In this document: piece after piece, positions 38,598 to 53,500 of the stretch
Layout of the letters: the number at the start of each line of letters is the position of its first letter
Position numbering within the stretch: the first letter of the stretch is position 1
From: Trichoplax adhaerens
Taxonomy: Eukaryota; Animalia; Placozoa
DNA length: 64,000 nucleotides
Direction of reading: 5' to 3'
Assembly: GCF_000150275.1 (NCBI RefSeq)
Contig: NW_002060943.1
Location: 62,001 to 126,000 of the forward strand
The notes under the pieces: generated by a model
The model's database searches: none
Told to the model about the DNA's origin: nothing
Seen by the model: the letters and a program-made list of their open reading frames with translations, nothing else
Translations under genes and position numbers: made by a program

Positions 38598-41500
38598 CTA
38601 AAAATCAAAGTTACGCCTATTATATATAGAAACATCTTTGGCTATCTGCATTAAGAATTGCATTTCCTTCACATTACTAGGAAAATTAATTTTCGAAGTT
38701 AATCAAATACTATATTTAAGCTTGTTTCTTAAAGTTTAAATGACTTAAGCATTGAAAGATGTTAAAAATGACGTCGATTGAAATATATCGATAGCAAGTA
38801 ATATATAAGAGACATTTTTATCTCTTAAGTCGCACGATATTAAACTCATAATTAACCTATGATCCCAGAACTAAAGCAGGGATGGCTTAATTAAAGCATC
38901 CACTATACTGTACTGTAATGGAACTCTATTTTGTGCGGCAGGGGTTATTGACTGACCTATGATATTAATAATAATTGCTAAATAAGAATAGAATTTAGGT
39001 TACTTACTGTCACAAAACAGCTTTGCAACAAGATAACGCAATATACGATCAATAAGTCAATTCCTTGAACCATGTATCAAGGAACGATATCTGCACTATC
39101 ACAAACACTTTTTTGCTCAACTAGCAGACTATACAAAGACTTAGACGCCTCGTATTTTACGTTAAACACTAAGTTTGAGAATTCACTTTATTACACGATA
39201 TACTGCATTTATATACTATTCCTCAATAGCTCATGAGTCATAGTTAATACAATTAACATTGGAATCATTTACTGAATTAGATATTAATTTTAGCTACTGC
39301 TCCCTTAATGCAGACAACAGTATTTACGAACATAGACATGTAATGACTAATACAGAATAGTCAGATTACGATATGTCCTATCACGGAACATTTCCATGAT
39401 AATTTGCAATCTACCATAAGTAAATTACAATCACAATGATTGGAACTGTAAGTAGATGATTTGTATTTCCTATTATAACTATTAATTTCAGTATGTGTAT
39501 AAGTGTCACTGTCATAAAAAGTCAGTGCTATATTAAAACACAGTATATCCAAATTAGAAGTTAACTAAATAAGGATAGTCTAACAGAATTATCCTAACAT
39601 AGATATTTCTACTGTAATACAGTATATAACACTGTAACACTTACAGATCCGTTATTTCGCCAGCTCCAATTAATGAATATCTGGAGAATTGAATCAAAGG
39701 ATTGTTTTTTATGTTTCTGTGAAAATGAAATTGCAAGGATACAGAGTCGATTAAAATCTCAACTAGCCACAAACTTAGTAGATTTGAATGTGTAATCATT
39801 TTTATGGTCAATAAAATAGCGATTTCTCCAGGTAATAAATACCAAGAAACTTCTCTATTCACTAGTTTTGAATTCTTAAAGTTTCGAGCAGTAATCGTAG
39901 GGTATTTAATCATTATTAGACTGGATAAATCGGAGATTTCGTCAGGCAATAAATACATTGCAATTTATTATCTACTATTCTTGATTAAAATAATTTTCTT
40001 ACAGTTGTCGTAATTTTTTAAACCCCGCTAAACAGTATGGTCCAAGCGTCACGATGTTATTATCGTCGACACTCCTAAACAGGTATATTTTCGATTTCGT
40101 TAGCTAAATTTGTTTAATACCTTATGATCAATTTAATATTCTATAAAAATAAATGTTACATCAATGTAGAACTAAGCATATCTTTTAATAGGTAGATTTA
40201 CACGTACAAAAGTTCCAAATTTGAAGATGCAGCGTCAGGAGTTGTACATATATCAGTTATATTATTTCTATTAAGAAGCCTATGTCAAAATCATTTTTAA
40301 TAGAGCATTTATTAGCATAAGATATTCGAAATAAATTTAATCATTATGGTTAAACTAAAATAAAAGCATGGAGTTATGTTTCAAATTATGGTCAAGAATC
40401 GAAAAACTTGATTGAGTGATTATAGATACACTTACAGCTTTTTCAAGTTTGATAATTTTATCAAGGAGAAATAATCAGTATTTTGAAGCTGATTTTTATC
40501 GAAATTCCTAAATAGAAAGGATTGCATCAAGAAAGCGATAGTAATTTAATGGCACACTTTGAATTCTATCGCTTGGCAAAAATTGGTCTTTATTACATCA
40601 AATATAACAATTAAATATTAAAATCTTATATAGTATACATATGTGATTTTATCTAATCTGTGACAGTATTCAAGACTGTTCTCTATTTTATCTGAATTAA
40701 ATAACATAAAAGGTCTAAAAGATTGCTATCAATTTATTTAAAAAATTATAAAGGAAGTATTAGAAGTACGCCTTACAATCGATTGATATTGGCTAAAGGC
40801 GAAATACCTCCTAAGCCAATAGACTTGAGTTCACAATCTGATAATTCGCTTCAATATGAAAGTTATAAGAAGTTACGAATATTTATGTATACGCTACCGC
40901 TTGTAGTACTCCTTCTAAAATAACTAGAAAAAATCGATAAGTCAATATTTTAAAACTTACAGATGTCTAGTTCGGTATAATTTCCGTAGTATATTTTCCG
41001 AAAGTTGATCAAGGTCATTGCCACCTAAAATTCTGTTAACATTGGATGTAATTAATTTTATTAGTATTAGACCAATTTACCCCACCACGTCATTTATCAT
41101 TAATTGTTATATAATTTCTCAATAAAGAGTTTGAAAATACTCTACAGTTCAAAAAATTGTTTTCTTTCCGAAAATATCGGGACCAAATCGACAGCTGATA
41201 GGTTGGAATAACTTAGACCCCTAAAGGTTGCGATTTAATTTTATGTATGCTAAGAAATCTGGTATGCATTAATTTTAATATGTGCTACTTATAATATGAA
41301 AAACATAAACGTACTATGGTTAAGATGTTTATAAATTATGAATGCATAATTTATAGTAAAGCAGTAAGTAATACTGAATTGTTAATATCCATAATAAAGA
41401 ATTTACTTATAGGTTGTTAATAAGCCAGTGATTTGATATTGATTACTACAGAACGATGAATTGACTATTTCAATAATTAAATACAATTTCCAATAAATTG

Positions 41501-44500
41501 GAAATTACCAGTAAGATAATTGTATAGGAACTCGTAGCAAAGGAATTGACGGATACTTTGTAATTTATAATTATATACTTACAGGCTTATCATATTGACT
41601 AGGTTTGTGATCAAACTCAGATTAACCCCTGACAAATTATTGCTATCTAGATATCTGTAACATAAAATAGACAAGAGTCACTTTTATGTAAACCAGTAAG
41701 TGATTTTACATGATTTTCTATTCTTTAAATGCCGAGATGTGTAAGATAACGATGGCTTCTTGCGCATAATTTTAAAAAATTTAATATGGTAGATATTATG
41801 TGATTCTACAGTAAAGGTATCACAAAACGTAACTTTATTTGTGAGCAACAGTTATACAAAGACCAACACAGGATACAGTAGTGTATCAACATCATTTCCC
41901 ACTTCTAAAAATGGAATAGTTTGCAGATTTCACTTTCGCTTATATGATTAAAGCGATCTTATACATGCGCTGCTAAATATATAACTACACGATAGAGTTT
42001 TTAATCCATTGATATTAATTAACTTATTTCCATTTTATTATTTGTATATCAATCGCCAATTTTTTATGGAAATAAAATTAAGGTTTGTTTCAATTGCTCT
42101 AGTTATTTTGAAAAGATTTACTTACAATTCTTGGATATGAGCAAGCTCTTTAAATAAAGCGGCATTGATTATGGACTTGTTAAATTGGCAGTGTTTCATT
42201 TTCCTACGAAGCGACAAATTATGAACTTGGCTATGTACATGATGTTTGATATTCATAGGCGATATCATTTTTGGCATAAAACTGGTTTATACTAAGCAGA
42301 AGCTAACACCAGAAATATTGTAAACGATGACTAGCAAGAAAAAAGATTATTACAATGTCCGAAGAGATCTGAAATGGCTAAAGAGACGTAAATCAATAGA
42401 TTGCAAGTTAGGATTATTATTCATGTATCTATAATCAGGATAAAAAACATTAAATAAATTCAGATATTTAAAACCTTCAGATTTTTACTCATATAGTATA
42501 GTAACTGTGCACACTGCGATAAATCTTACAGTTCCTCGAGAAATGGAAGCTGCCTAAACGATTTTTCTTTCAACCGGGTTAAGTAACGACCTCCAATCGC
42601 CCTTTGGTATTATATCATTTTATTATACATTCAAAGCATTAAAATTAAGTTTATCAACTTTCGATTTAGCTATAAGAACTCGATTAAAATATGTTTATTA
42701 TATCAAAAAATATTCCTTACAATTTCTGCAGCCTAATTAATTTTACAAAAGCAAAATCAGGAATATCAGAGTATTTATTAGAAGCTAGATCCCTAGAGAA
42801 GGAGCAATTAATCGTTAAATTTATAGCCCTAAATATAACAGTATTATATCGTCTTTAAGTAATGGCTGATTGCAACAGAAAATATCTACATATCGTGAAA
42901 AATTCGAATAATTGCTTAAAATAACCACTAGTACTTTCATTTTTGTATCATTCAATCAATCAAACAATTCATCCAAATGCAAACAGCTGTTCGATTATAA
43001 CCAGCTTAGATTAATGCAAATAACAAGAGCCTCAATTATAAGGTTAATGAACTAATTTATACAGGTTCTAATAAACTTACAGTTCTTTTAAAATTATAGT
43101 ATTTTCGAAAAGATCAACAGGAATTTTTTTCAGTTGATTCCCAACCAAAAACCTTCATTTTTCAAATTATTGTTGATTTGCCAACATATGCAGATTAGTA
43201 GATTATATCAGTCGTAGTATCATCACCTGCTAGAATATCTATGAATCATGTGATCATACTTACAAGTGCGATATTGAAGAATTTATACCGAAAGCTCTTT
43301 CATGAATACTATTTAGTTTGTTATTGCTTAAAGTCCTATTTGAATAGAAGTTCTTCGTTATCTTAGTCAGTATTTGATACCCGTGCGATAGCATTTTATA
43401 TTAAGTTCTAAATTTGACAAATTTCCAATCAAAGCAAGAAATTTCAATTATATATTAGGAATAAATGATTGTTTTTACTGGTAATACTAATGATTATAAA
43501 TCTAACTTTGCTATTCATGTGATTCATTAGCCGACTACCCTATTTCTTACAAGTGCAGTGGTGCAAATGGCGAGAAAGTATTCAGCCCAAGATACTCTAT
43601 AAAGTTGCTCGTCAACCTCCTAGACATAAAATTGTAAGTAAACAAAATCATGGACTGATATCGGTCAAGAGTTTCCTAAAAATCACCTTCCATTAATCAT
43701 ATTGAATGATAAGGTTTATGATTTCATATGACTGAATGGATTTTGAAATTAAGCGAATACTTTTCAAATTCATTTAGGAAAAGTTTACAGCTTAGCATTG
43801 CTGTAAAAATATCGGATCGTTAAAGAATGCCATTCTAGTCCAAGTCACGACACACTTTATTTCACAAATACAATTTTTTCTAAAAATTACCCCTAGCAAC
43901 TGCTAGCATATCAGTACTGTAGCATCTCTTCATCTTCAGACAAATAAAATACCTATTTATGCGTGATGCTTTAGAAATTTTATGAAACTCACTATAGATA
44001 AAGTACAGAAATATTCTAAATAACTATCACGATTAATTTGGTGAAGCTAAACAATTAATTGCAATAAAAATGAGAAATTAAATTGATAATTATATCCATA
44101 ATTAGACTATGTTTCTCCTGAGTTCAAGTATCCTTACTTACACTATATTTAACGACCTCATGTCTTTGAAAGTTCCAGGCTCTAGAATCGATATTTTGTT
44201 GAAAGATAACGACCTACGGATGAAAATATCTGTTAGGTTGTCTAATCTGCATCAGGGTACTACAAAGATTTTGGCTAGTTTTGTAGCGACATTATAAGTT
44301 CTCTCGATCATGGATATTTATCTCAGGGCAATTTGAAGACTTTTAAATGATAATTTATTAAATTAACATAAAAATAGTCTAAAATAAGTAACTACGGTTT
44401 TGTACACTTATTATAAAGTAATATTGGCACACCCAAGATATGATAAGTACCGCCATGTTTCCTTTTGTCAAAATAAGAAGCTGACAATACATATATTTGT

Positions 44501-47500
44501 TGTGCCGAAGGACATGCAATCTTACATATACATTGCACAGTGCACTAACTCACAGGTTTTTGACAAGTAAACATTCGGAAAATTGCTGACGACTAAGTTT
44601 TTCAATTCTATTCTTCTTCAAGGAGCTTTGATGAGTATATTATACAATAGCAATAATAATAGCTTAAATTTAATTAAAATGTTGAGAATATTCTCTAATA
44701 TTGGTGAAATATTGTCATAATTTATTCCTTTCATAACAGAATTTCTTACAGTCTTTCCAAATGAGTACCATTGCATATATGCTTCGGTAGAGTTGCTAAT
44801 CGATTTGATGATAAATCTCTTTTCAGAAACAGAAGATATAATATAAAATTTTAACACTGGTAGTCATAAATTTGATATAATACTATATATAATAATTTAA
44901 GTTACTATCGCGGCTTTATTACAGCTATCATAATCACACTATTATACTACAGAAACATAATTTTGTAGTGTCACAAAACAACTTTCGTGATCATACCTAA
45001 ACTAGTCTATCTACTCTTATAGTTCTCCAACTAACTCCGAAAATCCTCAGTGAGGGAAAACTAACTTATTCCTATACTATAGTAATCGAGTAAAACGATA
45101 GGTTTAGGTTAATAAATATATTTATTACTAGCCCGTTTACATTAGTACCAGTGTACTCTACGTTAGCCTCTGTGGAACTGAGATTAAAAATTAATAATCA
45201 AGCTTATATACAATTTCATATGTCACACCAATAATCCCGGTGCTAATCTTTCACGTTAAATTATATAATGTGCAATACAGGCTTACTATAGACTATCGTG
45301 AATTGACTACTAGTTATATACGAGGAACATCAAGCTCCGTAACATGTAGTTTTATCTCGATTGAGCAGTTGAAGGTTTGCAAGCGTTGCATAATAAGAAA
45401 TTAATAATTGCGTTTTTATAACACTGCATAAAGCAAACATCGATACAGGATTTATAACAGCCGGAACTATTTCCACCGTTCCATCACAGCAATCATAATC
45501 ACGTTATTATACAGTAGAGACGTAATTTTGTTACTTCAGTTCGATTGAGCTATTGAAGATTCGTGCACGCTACATAATAAGAAATCAATAATTGTGTTTT
45601 TGCATATACAACATAAAACAAATATCGACACAGAATTCTATATTCTGCTATCTGACGTTGCGATCATCACTATTTTAAGTATCAGTATTATTAGTGCATA
45701 TAGACGATAATGAAACTGTAAAAATACTGTATGATCTTTAGGAAGCTAGCGAAACCTGTTGTCATTAATTAGATCTACAATTCTTTATTGGACACTGGGC
45801 AGCAAACTGCAATAACTACTTATGGAATCGTAATTTAGTTTGTTAAACCGAAATATAATCATTTCTTTGCGTCGCTATGCAAGTTATCCTCCGTGATACC
45901 ACTTGCAATTTTATTAAACCTAAGGAAATAATATATCAGATAATTTAACTAGGTAAAATTCGGTAGTTTGTAGAAGGTCTTCAAAGTTGTATTGAAACTA
46001 TGGTATAAGGTGTCTTTTTACAAAATAGATGGTCGTCGGCATATACTGTATATTACTGAGAATTCCAAAATCAATATTTTGTATACTTGTATATAAAAAA
46101 TATTTTTCTTTTTAGAAAGCGCTACTTCGAACATTTTAAATTGAATTATAGAGTTAAAACGTAGGCTAATTAAAACGTACACTTCAAACAAAAATGGAAA
46201 TTTGGAAAAGAATCCATCATCAATTCGTCCAATTCTGTTACCTAGTAGAAGGCTATTTCAAAAAGAACATAGATTGTATTTCGTAAGCAATGTACTTCGG
46301 AAAATAATCTACGAATCGACAAAAAGGAGTATGTAAACGATCTTCATTAACAAAGTTATTACCAACAGTTACACTATAAATATCTAATTAACCTGAATAG
46401 AAAGGACTAGAATACCGTATAACTATCTATCTTGTACTAGAATTGGCAAAATTTTAATATAGAGTTAGTAATGTGTAAACTTATCAATCCGACTATATCC
46501 TTCATAAATATATCTAATCACATATTTATGTACGAAATCTAATTAAAATGAATGAAAATTGAATGGTTTAAGAATTACTTACGAAGTAACAAATGGACGT
46601 GAACGAAATCAATTACTATTATTGAAAACATATTATCAAATACTCACAGGCGTTTTATCAATTTTTTTTTCGAATCTGAGTTTTTAAGTGAATGAATAAA
46701 GTTGTAGGAAAAATTTCTGAAATAAACAGATTAATATCAGTTAACCTTTAGTTGAAATTAAAAAATGGGCTTGAGCACGCATTGCAAACTAGAATATATT
46801 ATGGGTAGTGAAAGTTGTTGGCAATAAGACAATCTTAAGACTTGCTGTTCTAAGCTTTGTAACTTTATGAGCAAAATTAAAAGCTGGCTGTTCTTTCGTC
46901 CTCATTTACCTTTAATGGACAAACATCTACTCTAGACTAAACTACGGAATTTAAATCCTTTTCAGATTATAGCTGTTTTATCGAATAAGTGCTCCAAATA
47001 TGTCCTTGATATGGAAGTGAAATACTTTGGTCACTAATTAATATCTTTCAATACGGTACAATAAAAGTGATTTCCAATTGTCTACAACTTATGAAACTGT
47101 TAATTCACTCGATCAAGTAGCTAAGAATAATGTGTTGAAGGATACTATGCTGAACTTATATAGAACATTTTCATGTTGGATTTCTGGGATATTAAGATTT
47201 TACGTGGAAAATGGGGTAAGAAAAAAATAATCTTGGCCACTATTACAGTTTACAAAATAAAGTTATAAAATATTAAAAATATCGGATTAGGAATAGTAAT
47301 AGTCTTCATTTGCTCATTTGTACAGTATATAAACTTAGCCTTTACTTGATTGAACCAAATCTTACGCGCTAATTTATTATTCAATCCTTTTGCAATAGCA
47401 GCGTTTATTTTTCGACTAAACTATCATAACCGACTTCGAGGTAACAACTCTAAAAGTTAATTAGTTATAATTATATTATAAGTTGATAAATGCTTACGTA

Positions 47501-50500
47501 CATGAAGGAATTCGTTTTAAGAGAAGAAAACATTGCAAAGTCTAATTCGGAAATTCCGTTCAAAGAAAAATCCCTATTGCAAATTACTTTTAGTTACCAT
47601 ACTAATAAAAAATTTACAGAATTGTACTTTCAACTCTGCATTTCCAGTATTAGTTAATATCGAGAATTAGTTTCACAATCTACTAGTATTTCATAAATGT
47701 AGCTTGAAAGTTTCCTAGAAATATTTCTTTCTATAGCAATTACTTATTCATACAAAGTCAATATATAAATAAGTGTCAGAAATATTATTAAATCCCAAGT
47801 TATATAGCGTTATTAGATAATTTAACAGTCGCCTTACACATAGAAAATATCCGATAGTTTCCGGAATAAATCATTTGGTAACGAGGTTATTAAATTTTTC
47901 CCTAACTGCCTAAAAATTTAGGAGAATCAAAAGTTGTAATACAATCTAATTTTACCGTCAAAATTAATTGCTTAATAAGAAGGCCTTTACCAACTCTAGT
48001 AATTTCCACAAGCAAAGATCTACAGTAATTACCTAATTCGAAACTTACTTATAGTTTAAATAATACCATATACTCAAAAAATAATCACTTACAGTGCCTG
48101 AATTGTTTGCAGCTTCTGAAAGTGCTCTGGTTTAATTTCTCGGATACCACAATGTGAGCAAAGCCTAAATTTAGTCATATTGTCATTTCATTAGAGAAGA
48201 CTATTTCGAAAACACAGAAATATGGCCAGTGTTCATTAAATCACAACAGTACGGCAACATAAATGATGAAGAAATTTACTGATTCGCTGAAACAGTAATT
48301 TCTATCTATTGTTCCTTTTAACAATTTCTCGATTTTATTGAGAACCATTACGTAAAACGAAGATGTCATAAATAGCTAAACTTATAAATTGGATATCATA
48401 AACCTAGTAGAATTCTTATAGCTATCCTTGCTCCTTGTTGATTTTAGGATACACTTAATAAATTACAGTGGTTCTGTTTTAAGAACTCAAATCAAATTTG
48501 CATAATCTTTGTATTTAACATCAAGAACTACCACAAAAATTTCCGCTGGTTTTAGTATACAACATGTACTACTGTGAGAGCTATATAATTTGCAAACCAT
48601 ATGAGTAATGCCAATCTTTATAACGAAAATATCAAAGTAATGCTAATTATATAACTATTAATTATATCGTTAGTATCAAAATGAATATATTTATCTTACT
48701 ATTAAAGCACAGTGATTATTTGTAATATTGTAGTAGGACTAGTTCTTCTCATTTTAATTAGCATTAATAAAATTGCGTTAATATTTTCCTTATATAAGAA
48801 TGTTAAACTTAATTTAACTGAATCAAAAGAAATCTACTTTGCTGTCATAAGATAATATACTAACAATCCAACTATTATTGGACTCTCGGCGTATTTGAAA
48901 TTATCTGGGCCTAAGCTTGTGCCACTCCATTGCCTATTCCATAATTTTAATAAGAGATAAACACGTTACAATTTTTTTAATAAATCCATTTGCAGGAAAG
49001 GTACTTTTATCAAAAAAATTTTAATTATAGCACAAACAAGGTGGTCGTATAAGGAAATGGTCTCTTTCTTAGACTTTTTTCTGATGTTATAAATTCTTTT
49101 AGAGGATTTTCGGCAAAATTTCTAAAATTATTACTCAATAAGGTCAGCATATCTAAAATTTGTAGCATGTATTTGAAAAATCAGAGTAACATTCGATTCT
49201 GGGCTATCGTAGTCATAAAATTATTATGAGCTGTCGCTTACAACACCATATGACTAGCTATGCTGATATAATATTATAAGAGTAGAACTGAAATAAATTT
49301 TTAAAACTGTTTAGGTAATAGATTCCTTTGATGGGCCATTTTACTAATGAAATATTGATTAGACTGGTAGAGAATTGTAGTTAAGAGCTGTACTTGTAAC
49401 ATAATGGTATTGTCTCCAGAAATATAAACTATGATAAACTGTAACAGAAGGGAAAATGTAATAATCCTACATGAGGGTTTATATTGTTATTAGAGATACT
49501 TACAAGAAAAATAAATGACGAAAGTTTTCGAAGCAGCCAAAGCTTATCCGTTCTATCCGATTTCCATCGATATGCCTACGTATAATAGCCTCAATTACTA
49601 GAAAGCTAATATACAGTAATTACCTTACTATCATTGAGCAGTAATATTGGTTCAATGAAAGCTGTAATTAATTATTAAACATAATAAAGACTGAAGTTGT
49701 ATTTCGAAATTAAAATTGTATGATATTATCAGCTTACAACTCTAGCAATCTATTTAGGCCAACAAAAGTCTTCTCTCGGATAACAGACAACTTGTTCATT
49801 TCCAAAAATCTATCCAAAACAGGACATTAAAAATATCACTTTATGATTCTTTATTACCCTAACCTTACAGTCCATTTTTTAGAAAAAGTCTATAGTTGCA
49901 ATATCTCGATCATAAGCTTATAATAACTTGTAATTGATAGTTACAGAAATTGTAAATTTATTAAATCTTGGAAAGCGTATTCTTGGATATTTTCGATGAG
50001 ATTTAGTTTTAACGATCTAATACGAAATAAACAAGCGCGCAAGCTCATACACTCAGTAGAGTTATAGAATGCTAACTTAATACGATTATGAATCTAATAT
50101 TTACGCATGCACTTTCCAGTTATCTGCTATATTATAAATTTACAATAATTTTAGGTTTCCAAGCGACTTGAATTGGCCAACTGTAACGTTTACTAGATAG
50201 TTTCTTTCAAGCGATCTGAAAAAAAATGTAAATCAGTTGCAGAAAGGATTTCGGTTCGTAGTTTCAGAAAAATTTATCACAAGGTTCAGCCAGAAGCATT
50301 GCTATAGGAAGGTAGTATAAAGATGTAGCAATGCTAATTATTATTCTCAAATTTAATGAGTTGAAACAGTACATAACTAATAAAATCACAACATTATAGC
50401 AAATGAATACACGAAATGCGATAATTTAACTGATATTTATGTCCAATCACAAATCTTATACATTCGAATAATTTTATAGAATTACTTTGCGATTTCCGTT

Positions 50501-53500
50501 CGTACGCTTAGGAATAACTACGGTACGGAAAGTTTTAATAAAGCTAATAAAATTGCTTTAATAAGCTAAGACTGGTATTGCAACAGGTATTAAATATCTA
50601 TGGCAAGTCTACTTGATCTAGTTACATTCCTATCCTACCATAATACATATATACCGATAATTTTCTAATAGATACTGATTATCCTAATCTATTTAAACTG
50701 AATGTTATGGAATTTTAGAGAGAATAAATAGTTCTAAACAAGTATATTAGAGCAACTTTATGATAGCAAACTTAAGATTTAGATATATTTTCTAGTTTAA
50801 GTAATATAAGTATGTTTTACAAGGTCTGTAGCGTGGGCATCCTCTCGAAGCTGTGCGTCTCGATGAAACTGATAGCGTTCGACCCTAACTGACTAAGAAT
50901 TGTACATCAGTTCGTCTGGAGTCTATATGTATTTTACATTAAGGTTACTTATTTAGCTAGAGAAACAACAATCTTAAATAAAAAATCAACAACCCTCAAT
51001 GCATTTCACTTTAGCTATTTTATCATTAAATTGAAACTGACTGTCCAATTACGAAATATTAATGAAATTATAAAAGAATTTTCATACAGGTATCCTAGCA
51101 ATGGTAGATGAGGAAAGCTATTGTTGCTAATTGTTTGAATTCCATTGTAATTTAACGCCCTATAGACAAATTGTTCAGTATTTTAATGCTAATACCAAAT
51201 AAAATTTTATACTCTTAACACATTTTTTCCTTAATTATGTTTCGTTAGTAATCATACAAAAAAAATAAGGACTTTTGTTGGTTAAATTACTCTGTAAATC
51301 ATGATAGCATTATAATAATAAATATATATTTTCCTCATCTCTTGTACACTTACAGTCGCTTTAAGTTGATTAATCCTTCAAATCTGGTCCTTTTAATCGT
51401 AAAGGATGTATTTTGTGCATTTGTTATGATACTAAGCAATTAATATTACGTTAATTAGTCATAATTTCAACTTGTACTGCACAAGACATCATAGCAATAA
51501 GTGAATAGATTGCATTCGAGTTGAATTAAATGCTCGGATAACGTATTATGCGCTATTAAAATTTGAATAGGAAGTATTAGCTTGTCGTTTTGTCAATAAA
51601 TATGTGACACTCTGCTTCAATATTCTACTAAAAACCATGGATACCGTGTTGCTCAACGTTTCATATCTGAACTTACATCCAAGATAATAATGGATTCTGA
51701 CTAAAGGTATAGGCAGAATCTACATGACTTGGGTTAATGTATCTAGATTGGAAACAAACAATTTAGTCCATTTTATTAAACATTTGTAACAGCAGGCCTT
51801 TATCTATGCGGTTATTGATAATGTCTTCATAGAATGTATGGTAGCAATCTCAGCTTAGAAGCAAGTTTAAAACATCAAGAAATTTCATAAAACGGCAGCT
51901 CTAACTTTTATGCAATTAATTTTAATGTATATGAGACAGAGATTTACTTGAAATAGAGTCATAAGCTAATTGATACTTACAAGCGCTGCAACTTCTTCAA
52001 TGCTGATAAAGCTCTTTCATTGCTTTTTTCCTGACTTATCAATCTTAATTGTTAATTGAAGATTCATTACGTGAGATTTTGTCTTGAAAATGATGCCTTT
52101 TCTAACATTTGCTTTGATAATCTGTCAAAACATTTTGTACTCACAGCACTTGAGCATTACTGAAGACTGTAAATGCATCTGGGGATATATCTGATATCGG
52201 ATTATTTCTTAAATTTCTATTTGTTGTAGAAATTATGATTAAAAATTTTTCTTTTAATTCTTTGACATAAATATTGTTCAAAACTACATCTTCGAAGTAT
52301 TTCTAGCCAGCTTTTGCATAAAAGATGAAAAAGCTAACAGGTTCCGGCTCTCTAAATATTTTATTATCACTAATTCTATAAACATGAGCCATCGTTAGCT
52401 ACGACAGATCTTCACCAAAAACGTATAATGTAATTAAACCTCTGACCCTGCATACTTATTTGGCAGCCAATAACCTGTAGAGTGCTAATAATAGATTACT
52501 TACCGTACTAAACTGACGATTTTACTTTATATTTTTCTACGAAATACTGATATGAACATATAATATATTTAATTCTTACACAAAATATAATCTAGGAAGC
52601 GGTTTGACGGAAGTAAATGCATCCAAATGAATGGTAAAAATTTGATTTCCCTCCATATTTCTGAAACATATTACACAACATTTTTGATATATGAAACCAT
52701 GGTTTATATCAAAGCAGGATATAAGCAGTTATTTATAACATGTTTAAAAATATTCTTTTATTAGAAATGCTTCCTTTAAGTTGATGCTATTGAGGACTTA
52801 CAATGTTCTCAATGCATACATATTTGATAGTGATGTTACATTTAGGAATGAAATCATGTTTTTTTGTAGTAATCTGTTAAAGTGCAAAATAGTAAAGGCA
52901 AATTTTATTATAAATTAACGAATTTTTAATTAATGGAATTGTAGCAAATTTTTGGCCTAATTAGACAATAATCTCAGGATAAAGGTACGGAAACTTACAA
53001 AGTATTCAAACTAATTAAACATTCTCTTAAGGCTCCAAAATTAGCATGCTTGATATAATTTTCATTAATGGATCTGTAAAAGTACAAAATCAAATTTTAC
53101 ATGGTAAGCCTTATAATTATGGTTTACAGTTACATACATATAACCTACATCATACGGTATAGATAAGAATTAAGATGTTTATAAAAACATTTAAGTTCAA
53201 TTTTTATTCTTAGGCCTATAATAAAGGTTTAATTATTAATTATTTATGCCTATCTATAGTTGAGATGGTAGTAGCAGTTATCACAAAATCTTATATCAAG
53301 AGTATAGCATTATTGCTAAGTTAATGCTTTGAGAAAGACAAATAGATTAAACTATGGTCATACTTTATATCATTTACAAAAATATGAACACAGACATCAA
53401 GACTCTAATTGCACCCTTTAGATCTATATTAACAAACTCACAGGATTTTTAGCCGCCTTGAACCAAAGCAGATGTTTTCATTGATAGATTTAAAGCGATT